A model generated the notes under the pieces. It did no database searches, was not told where the DNA came from, and saw nothing but the letters and a program-made list of their open reading frames with translations. From contig OZ059896.1 in assembly GCA_964057225.1 (NCBI GenBank), positions 21,080,001 to 21,144,000 of the forward strand: DNA of 64,000 nt, in the 5' to 3' direction. Position 1 is the stretch's first letter. Every line of letters begins with the position of its first letter. The position numbers and the translations under genes are program-made. This document shows, in pieces, positions 1 to 9,400 of this stretch. The DNA is from Auanema rhodensis (lineage: Eukaryota; Animalia; Nematoda).

Positions 1-124
1 TAGCGCAAATCTGATAACACAGATCGACGCAGCTTAAAAATCCGCATCGAATGCACTATACTACATCAAGAAACGCTTGATACAAAAATTAGTTATGATC
101 GTTTGAAAAATGATGCATTAGTGT

Positions 125-152
125 ATGTTGAGTTTCCATGTACACTCAACAT
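125..152. other. Perfect 9-bp inverted repeat with 10-nt loop (nearly every monomer)
   Basis: atgttgagt-ttccatgtac-actcaacat. Confidence 0.95.
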
Positions 153-165
153 TGCTTCCAAAAAC

Positions 166-200
166 ATTTTGACAAAAATTTTTTCGAAAAATTTCAAAAT
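166..200. other. AT-rich imperfect palindrome centred on CG at offsets 185-186
   Basis: Perfect core tttttcgaaaaa (180-191) flanked by attttga (166-172) / tcaaaat (194-200). An alternative outer pair is aaaaacat (160-167) / atgttttt (218-225). Confidence 0.9.
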
Positions 201-302
201 AATTTAGCAAGAAGTAGATGTTTTTAGATTTCTTTTTTCAAGGCAAAGACGATGGACAATGTTATTCAACGAAAAAATTAATTCTTCAGGGTGAAAATCG
301 AG

Positions 303-324
303 GATATAAGTGTGAACTTATATC
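303..324. other. Perfect 9-bp inverted repeat with GTGA loop (present in nearly every monomer)
   Basis: gatataagt-gtga-acttatatc; the arms are exact reverse complements. Confidence 0.95.
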
Positions 325-334
325 AGTTGATATC

Positions 335-401
335 TCGGTGCATTTTTAAGCTAGCGCAAATCTGATAACACAGATCGACGCAGCTTAAAAATCCGCATCG
401 A
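335..401. other. ~67-bp imperfect fold-back spanning the chosen monomer junction
   Basis: tcggtgc/gcatcga (one G.T pair), atttttaagct/agcttaaaaat (11 bp, perfect in the t347 allele), gcg/cgc and atctg/cagat are nested around an ataaca loop. Confidence 0.88.
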
Positions 402-3400
402 ATGCACTATACTACATTGAGAAACGCTTGATACAAAAATTAGTTATGATCGTTTGAAAAATGATGCATTAGTGTATGTTGAGTTTCCATGTACACTCAA
501 CATTGCTTCCAAAAACATTTTGACAAAAATTTTTTCGAAAAATTTCAAAATAATTTAGCAAAAAGTAGATGTTTTTAGATTCCATTTTTCAAGGCAAAGA
601 CGATAGACAATGTTATTCAACGAAAAAATCAATTCTTCAGGGTGAACATCGAGGATATAAGTGTGAACTTATATCAGTTGATATCTCGGTGCATTTTTAA
701 GCTAGCGCAAATCTGATAACACAGATCGACGCAGCTTAAAAATCCGCATCGAATGCATTATACTACATTGAGAAACGCTTAATACACAAATTAGTTATGA
801 TCGTTTGAAAAATGATGCATTAGTGTATGTTGAGTTTCCATGTACACTCAACATTGCTTCCAAAAACATTTTGACAAAAATTTTTTCGAAAAATTTCAAA
901 ATAATTTAGCAAAAAGTAGATGTTTTTAGATTTCTTTTTTCAAGGCAAAGACGATGGACAATGTTATTCAACGAAAAAATTAATTCTTCAGGGTGAAAAT
1001 CGAGGATATAAGTGTGAACTTATATCAGTTGATATCTCGGTGCATTTTTAAGCTAGCGCAAATCTGATAACACAGATCGACGCAGCTTAAAAATCCGCAT
1101 CGAATGCACTATACTACATTGAGAAACGCTTGATACAAAAATTAGTTATGATCGTTTGAAAAATGATGCATTAGTGTATGTCGAGTTTCCATGTACACTC
1201 AACATTGCTTCCAAAAACATTTTGACAAAAATTTTTTCGAAAAATTTCAAAATAATTTAGCAAAAAGTATATGTTTTTAGATTCCATTTTTCAAGGCAAA
1301 GACGATAGACAATGTTATTCAACGAAAAAATTAATTCTTCAGGGTGAAAATCGAGGATATAAGTGTGAACTTATATCAGTTGATATCTCGGTGCATTTTT
1401 AAGCTAGCGCAAATCTGATAACACAGATCGACGCAGCTTAAAAATCCGCATCGAATGCACTATACTACATTGAGAAACGCTTAATACACAAATTAGTTAT
1501 GATCGTTTGAAAAATGATGCATTAGTGTATGTTGAGTTTCCATGTACACTCAACATTGCTTCCAAAAACATTTTGACAAAAATTTTTTCGAAAAATTTCA
1601 AAATAATTTAGCAAAAAGTAGATGTTTTTAGATTTCTTTTTTCAAGGCAAAGACGATAGACAATGTTATTCAACGAAAAAATTAATTCTTCAGGGTGAAA
1701 ATCGAGGATATAAGTGTGAACTTATATCAGTTGATATCTCGGTGCATTTTTAAGCTAGCGCAAATCTGATAACACAGATCGACGCAGCTTAAAAATCCGC
1801 ATCGAATGCACTATACTACATTGAGAAACGCTTAATACACAAATTAGTTATGATCGTTTGAAAAATGATGCATTAGTGTATGTTGAGTTTCCATGTACAC
1901 TCAACATTGCTTCCAAAAACATTTTGACAAAAATTTTTTCGAAAAATTTCAAAATAATTTAGCAAAAAGTAGATGTTTTTAGATTTCTTTTTTCAAGGCA
2001 AAGACGATGGACAATGTTATTCAACGAAAAAATTAATTCTTCAGGGTGAAAATCGAGGATATAAGTGTGAACTTATATCAGTTGATATCTCGGTGCATTT
2101 TTAAGCTAGCGCAAATCTGATAACACAGATCGACGCAGCTTAAAAATCCGCATCGAATGCACTATACTACATCAAGAAACGCTTGATACAAAAATTAGTT
2201 ATGATCGTTTGAAAAATGATGCATTAGTGTATGTTGAGTTTCCATGTACACTCAACATTGCTTCCAAAAACATTTTGACAAAAATTTTTTCGAAAAATTT
2301 CAAAATAATTTAGCAAAAAGTAGATGTTTTTAGATTTCTTTTTTCAAGGCAAAGACGATGGACAATGTTATTCAACGAAAAAATTAATTCTTCAGGGTGA
2401 AAATCGAGGATATAAGTGTGAACTTATATCAGTTGATATCTCGGTGCATTTTTAAGCTAGCGCAAATCTGATAACACAGATCGACGCAGCTTAAAAATCC
2501 GCATCGAATGCACTATACTACATCAAGAAACGCTTGATACAAAAATTAGTTATGATCGTTTGAAAAATGATGCATTAGTGTATGTTGAGTTTCCATGTAC
2601 ACTCAACATTGCTTCCAAAAACATTTTGACAAAAATTTTTTCGAAAAATTTCAAAATAATTTAGCAAGAAGTAGATGTTTTTAGATTTCTTTTTTCAAGG
2701 CAAAGACGATGGACAATGTTATTCAACGAAAAAATTAATTCTTCAGGGTGAAAATCGAGGATATAAGTGTGAACTTATATCAGTTGATATCTCGGTGCAT
2801 TTTTAAGCTAGCGCAAATCTGATAACACAGATCGACGCAGCTTAAAAATCCGCATCGAATGCACTATACTACATTGAGAAACGCTTGATACAAAAATTAG
2901 TTATGATCGTTTGAAAAATGATGCATTAGTGTATGTTGAGTTTCCATGTACACTCAACATTGCTTCCAAAAACATTTTGACAAAAATTTTTTCGAAAAAT
3001 TTCAAAATAATTTAGCAAAAAGTAGATGTTTTTAGATTCCATTTTTCAAGGCAAAGACGATAGACAATGTTATTCAACGAAAAAATCAATTCTTCAGGGT
3101 GAACATCGAGGATATAAGTGTGAACTTATATCAGTTGATATCTCGGTGCATTTTTAAGCTAGCGCAAATCTGATAACACAGATCGACGCAGCTTAAAAAT
3201 CCGCATCGAATGCATTATACTACATTGAGAAACGCTTAATACACAAATTAGTTATGATCGTTTGAAAAATGATGCATTAGTGTATGTTGAGTTTCCATGT
3301 ACACTCAACATTGCTTCCAAAAACATTTTGACAAAAATTTTTTCGAAAAATTTCAAAATAATTTAGCAAAAAGTAGATGTTTTTAGATTTCTTTTTTCAA

Positions 3401-6400
3401 GGCAAAGACGATGGACAATGTTATTCAACGAAAAAATTAATTCTTCAGGGTGAAAATCGAGGATATAAGTGTGAACTTATATCAGTTGATATCTCGGTGC
3501 ATTTTTAAGCTAGCGCAAATCTGATAACACAGATCGACGCAGCTTAAAAATCCGCATCGAATGCACTATACTACATTGAGAAACGCTTGATACAAAAATT
3601 AGTTATGATCGTTTGAAAAATGATGCATTAGTGTATGTTGAGTTTCCATGTACACTCAACATTGCTTCCAAAAACATTTTGACAAAAATTTTTTCGAAAA
3701 ATTTCAAAATAATTTAGCAAAAAGTATATGTTTTTAGATTCCATTTTTCAAGGCAAAGACGATAGACAATGTTATTCAACGAAAAAATTAATTCTTCAGG
3801 GTGAAAATCGAGGATATAAGTGTGAACTTATATCAGTTGATATCTCGGTGCATTTTTAAGCTAGCGCAAATCTGATAACACAGATCGACGCAGCTTAAAA
3901 ATCCGCATCGAATGCACTATACTACATTGAGAAACGCTTAATACACAAATTAGTTATGATCGTTTGAAAAATGATGCATTAGTGTATGTTGAGTTTCCAT
4001 GTACACTCAACATTGCTTCCAAAAACATTTTGACAAAAATTTTTTCGAAAAATTTCAAAATAATTTAGCAAAAAGTAGATGTTTTTAGATTTCTTTTTTC
4101 AAGGCAAAGACGATGGACAATGTTATTCAACGAAAAAATTAATTCTTCAGGGTGAAAATCGAGGATATAAGTGTGAACTTATATCAGTTGATATCTCGGT
4201 GCATTTTTAAGCTAGCGCAAATCTGATAACACAGATCGACGCAGCTTAAAAATCCGCATCGAATGCACTATACTACATTGAGAAACGCTTAATACACAAA
4301 TTAGTTATGATCGTTTGAAAAATGATGCATTAGTGTATGTTGAGTTTCCATGTACACTCAACATTGCTTCCAAAAACATTTTGACAAAAATTTTTTCGAA
4401 AAATTTCAAAATAATTTAGCAAAAAGTAGATGTTTTTAGATTTCTTTTTTCAAGGCAAAGACGATGGACCATGTTATTCAACGAAAAAATTAATTCTTCA
4501 GGGTGAAAATCGAGGATATAAGTGTGAACATATATCAGTTGATATCTCGGTGCATTTTTAAGCTAGCGCAAATCTGATAACACAGATCGACGCAGCTTAA
4601 AAATCCGCATGGAATGCACTATACTACATCAAGAAACGCTTGATACAAAAATTAGTTATGATCGTTTGAAAAATGATGCATTAGTGTATGTTGAGTTTCC
4701 ATGTACACTCAACATTGCTTCCAAAAACATTTTGACAAAAATTTTTTCGAAAAATTTCAAAATAATTTAGCAAAAAGTAGATGTTTTTAGATTCCTTTTT
4801 TTAAGGCAAAGACGATGGACAATGTTATTCAACGAAAAAATTAATTCTTCAGGGTGAAAATCGAGGATATAAGTGTGAACTTATATCAGTTGATATCTCG
4901 GTGCATTTTTAAGCTAGCGCAAATCTGATAACACAGATCGACGCAGCTTAAAAATCTGCATCGAATGCACTATACTACATCAAGAAACGCTTGATACAAA
5001 AATTAGTTATGATCGTTTGAAAAATGATGCATTAGTGTATGTTGAGTTTCCATGTACACTCAACATTGCTTCCAAAAACATTTTGACAAAAATTTTTTCG
5101 AAAAATTTCAAAATAATTTAGCAAAAAGTAGATGTTTTTAGATTTCTTTTTTCAAGGCAAAGACGATGGACAATGTTATTCAACGAAAAAATTAATTCTT
5201 CAGGGTGAAAATCGAGGATATAAGTGTGAACTTATATCAGTTGATATCTCGGTGCATTTTTAAGCTAGCGCAAATCTGATAACACAGATCGACGCAGCTT
5301 AAAAATCTGCATCGAATGCACTATACTACATCAAGAAACGCTTGATACAAAAATTAGTTATGATCGTTTGAAAAATGATGCATTAGTGTATGTTGAGTTT
5401 CCATGTACACTCAACATTGCTTCCAAAAACATTTTGACAAAAATTTTTTCGAAAAATTTCAAAATAATTTAGCAAAAAGTAGATGTTTTTAGATTCCATT
5501 TTTCAAGGCAAAGACGATAGACAATGTTATTCAACGAAAAAATTAATTCTTCAGGGTGAAAATCGAGGATATAAGTGTGAACTTATATCAGTTGATATCT
5601 CGGTGCATTTTTAAGCTAGCGCAAATCTGATAACACAGATCGACGCAGCTTAAAAATCCGCATCGAATGCACTATACTACATTGAGAAACGCTTGATACA
5701 AAAATTAGTTATGATCGTTTGAAAAATGATGCATTAGTGTATGTTGAGTTTCCATGTACACTCAACATTGCTTCCAAAAACATTTTGACAAAAATTTTTT
5801 CGAAAAATTTCAAAATAATTTAGCAAAAAGTAGATGTTTTTAGATTCCATTTTTCAAGGCAAAGACGATAGACAATGTTATTCAACGAAAAAATTAATTC
5901 TTCAGGGTGAAAATCGAGGATATAAGTGTGAACTGATATCAGTTGATATCTCGGTGCATTTTTAAGCTAGCGCAAATCTGATAACACAGATCGACGCAGC
6001 TTAAAAATCCGCATCGAATGCACTATACTACATTGAGAAACGCTTAATACACAAATTAGTTATGATCGTTTGAAAAATGATGCATTAGTGTATGTTGAGT
6101 TTCCATGTACACTCAACATTGCTTCCAAAAACAGTTTGACAAAAATTTTTTCGAAAAATTTCAAAATAATTTAGCAAAAAGTAGATGTTTTTAGATTTCT
6201 TTTTTCAAGGCAAAGACGATGGACAATGTTATTCAACGAAAAAATTAATTCTTCAGGGTGAAAATCGAGGATATAAGTGTGAACTTATATCAGTTGATAT
6301 CTCGGTGCATTTTTAAGCTAGCGCAAATCTGATAACACAGATCGACGCAGCTTAAAAATCCGCATCGAATGCACTATACTACATCAAGAAACGCTTGATA

Positions 6401-9400
6401 CAAAAATTAGTTATGATCGTTTGAAAAATGATGCATTAGTGTATGTTGAGTTTCCATGTACACTCAACATTGCTTCCAAAAACATTTTGACAAAAATTTT
6501 TTCGAAAAATTTCAAAATAATTTAGCAAGAAGTAAATGTTTTTAGATTTCTTTTTTCAAGGCAAAGACGATGGACAATGTTATTCAACGAAAAAATTAAT
6601 TCTTCAGGGTGAAAATCGAGGATATAAGTGTGAACTTATATCAGTTGATATCTCGGTGCATTTCTAAGCTAGCGCAAATCTGATAACACAGATCGACGCA
6701 GCTTAAAAATCCGCATCGAATGCACTATACTACATTGAGAAACGCTTGATACAAAAATTAGTTATGATCGTTTGAAAAATGATGCATTAGTGTATGTTGA
6801 GTTTCCATGTACACTTAACATTGCTTCCAAAAACATTTTGACAAAAATTTTTTCGAAAAATTTCAAAATAATTTAGCAAAAAGTAGATGTTTTTAGATTC
6901 CATTTTTCAAGGCAAAGACGATAAACAATGTTATTCAACGAAAAAATTAATTCTTCAGGGTGAAAATCGAGGATATAAGTGTGAACTTATATCAGTTGAT
7001 ATCTCGGTGCATTTTTAAGCTAGCGCAAATCTGATAACACAGATCGACGCAGCTTAAAAATCCGCATCGAATGCACTATACTACATTGAGAAACGCTTGA
7101 TACAAAAATTAGTTATGATCGTTTGAAAAATGATGCATTAGTGTATGTTGAGTTTCCATGTACACTCAACATTGCTTCCAAAAACATTTTGACAAAAATT
7201 TTTTCGAAAAATTTCAAAATAATTTAGCAAAAAGTAGATGTTTTTAGATTCCATTTTTCAAGGCAAAGACGATAGACAATGTTATTCAACGAAAAAATTA
7301 ATTCTTCAGGGTGAAAATCGAGGATATAAGTGTGAACTTATATCAGTTGATATCTCGGTGCATTTTTAAGCTAGCGCAAATCTGATAACACAGATCGACG
7401 CAGCTTAAAAATCCGCATCGAATGCACTATACTACATTGAGAAACGCTTGATACAAAAATTAGTTGATATCGTTTGAAAAATGATGCATTAGTGTATGTT
7501 GAGTTTCCATGTACACTCAACATTGCTTCCAAAAACATTTTGACAAAAATTTTTTCGAAAAATTTCAAAATAATTTAGCAAAAAGTAGATGTTTTTAGAT
7601 TCCATTTTTCAAGGCAAAGACGATGGACAATGTTATTCAACGAAAAAATTAATTCTTCAGGGTGAAAATCGAGGATATAAGTGTGAACTTATATCAGTTG
7701 ATATCTCGGTGCATTTTCAAGCTAGCGCAAATCTGATAACACAGATCGACGCAGCTTAAAAATCCGCATCGAATGCACTATACTACATCAAGAAACGCTT
7801 GATACAAAAATTAGTTATGATCGTTTGAAAAATGATGCATTAGTGTATGTTGAGTTTCCATGTACACTCAACATTGCTTCCAAAAACATTTTGACAAAAA
7901 TTTTTTCGAAAAATTTCAAAATAATTTAGCAAAAAGTAGATGTTTTTAGATTTCTTTTTTCAAGGCAAAGACGATGGACAATGTTATTCAACGAAAAAAT
8001 TAATTCTTCAGGGTGAAAATCGAGGATATAAGTGTGAACTTATATCAGTTGATATCTCGGTGCATTTTTAAGCTAGCGCAAATCTGATAACACAGATCGA
8101 CGCAGCTTAAAAATCCGCATCGAATGCACTATACTACATCAAGAAACGCTTGATACAAAAATTAGTTATGATCGTTTGAAAAATGATGCATTAGTGTATG
8201 TTGAGTTTCCATGTACACTCAACATTGCTTCCAAAAACATTTTGACAAAAATTTTTTCGAAAAATTTCAAAATAATTTAGCAAGAAGTAGATGTTTTTAG
8301 ATTTCTTTTTTCAAGGCAAAGACGATGGACAATGTTATTCAACGAAAAAATTAATTCTTCAGGGTGAAAATCGAGGATATAAGTGTGAACTTATATCAGT
8401 TGATATCTCGGTGCATTTCTAAGCTAGCGCAAATCTGATAACACAGATCGACGCAGCTTAAAAATCCGCATCGAATGCACTATACTACATTGAGAAACGC
8501 TTGATACAAAAATTAGTTATGATCGTTTGAAAAATGATGCATTAGTGTATGTTGAGTTTCCATGTACACTTAACATTGCTTCCAAAAACATTTTGACAAA
8601 AATTTTTTCGAAAAATTTCAAAATAATTTAGCAAAAAGTAGATGTTTTTAGATTCCATTTTTCAAGGCAAAGACGATGGACAATGTTATTCAACGAAAAA
8701 ATTAATTCTTCAGGGTGAAAATCGAGGATATAAGTGTGAACTTATATCAGTTGATATCTCGGTGCATTTTCAAGCTAGCGCAAATCTGATAACACAGATC
8801 GACGCAGCTTAAAAATCCGCATCGAATGCACTATACTACATTGAGAAACGCTTGATACAAAAATTAGTTGATATCGTTTGAAAAATGATGCATTAGTGTA
8901 TGTTGAGTTTCCATGTACACTCAACATTGCTTCCAAAAACATTTTGACAAAAATTTTTTCGAAAAATTTCAAAATAATTTAGCAAGAAGTAGATGTTTTT
9001 AGATTTCTTTTTTCAAGGCAAAGACGATGGACAATGTTATTCAACGAAAAAATTAATTCTTCAGGGTGAAAATCGAGGATATAAGTGTGAACTTATATCA
9101 GTTGATATCTCGGTGCATTTCTAAGCTAGCGCAAATCTGATAACACAGATCGACGCAGCTTAAAAATCCGCATCGAATGCACTATACTACATTGAGAAAC
9201 GCTTGATACAAAAATTAGTTATGATCGTTTGAAAAATGATGCATTAGTGTATGTTGAGTTTCCATGTACACTTAACATTGCTTCCAAAAACATTTTGACA
9301 AAAATTTTTTCGAAAAATTTCAAAATAATTTAGCAAAAAGTAGATGTTTTTAGATTCCATTTTTCAAGGCAAAGACGATAAACAATGTTATTCAACGAAA

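Larger units (their letters stand above)
1..351. repeat. Representative monomer (351 bp, ~32% GC, many A/T tracts, one NheI GCTAGC at the junction and one EcoRV GATATC at 329-334)
   Basis: Direct reading: 111 G+C of 351 by hand count. The next copy starts at 352. Confidence 0.98.
1..2457. repeat. 7-monomer higher-order repeat unit (2457 bp), re-found at 10882-13338, with partial or variant copies at 2458-4212, 13339-15444 and 15445-17550
   Basis: The ordered marker series caagaag / aatcaat+gaacatc / gcattata / gtatat(+gtcgag) / aatacac / aatacac / ca-allele repeats in the same order. Confidence 0.85.

Noticed and set aside
303-347. Rho-independent terminator or bacterial promoter-like motifs
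   Set aside because: The hairpin is AT-rich with no adjacent U-tract or upstream gene, and TATA-like words are expected by chance at 68% AT.
1-351. Tandem RNA gene cluster (5S rRNA, tRNA, snRNA, spliced leader) or hammerhead-ribozyme satellite
   Set aside because: I recognise no 5S, tRNA, snRNA or SL sequence or Pol III A/B/C boxes. ctgataa at 11-17 resembles but does not match the hammerhead CUGANGA core, and I could not build the three-stem fold. An Rfam/Infernal scan would be decisive.
1-351. Internal ~175-bp dimer substructure
   Set aside because: No convincing similarity between the two halves by eye beyond A/T tracts; a self dot plot would be needed.
1-351. CENP-B box or telomeric motif
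   Set aside because: No TTCG-N4-A-N2-CGGG match was found on either strand of the common monomer, and there are no TTAGG/TTAGGG repeats.
1-351. Assignment to a named satellite family of similar length (e.g. Drosophila 359-bp 1.688, ~360-bp tenebrionid beetle satellites)
   Set aside because: Only length and AT-richness are similar; I cannot confirm sequence homology without a search.
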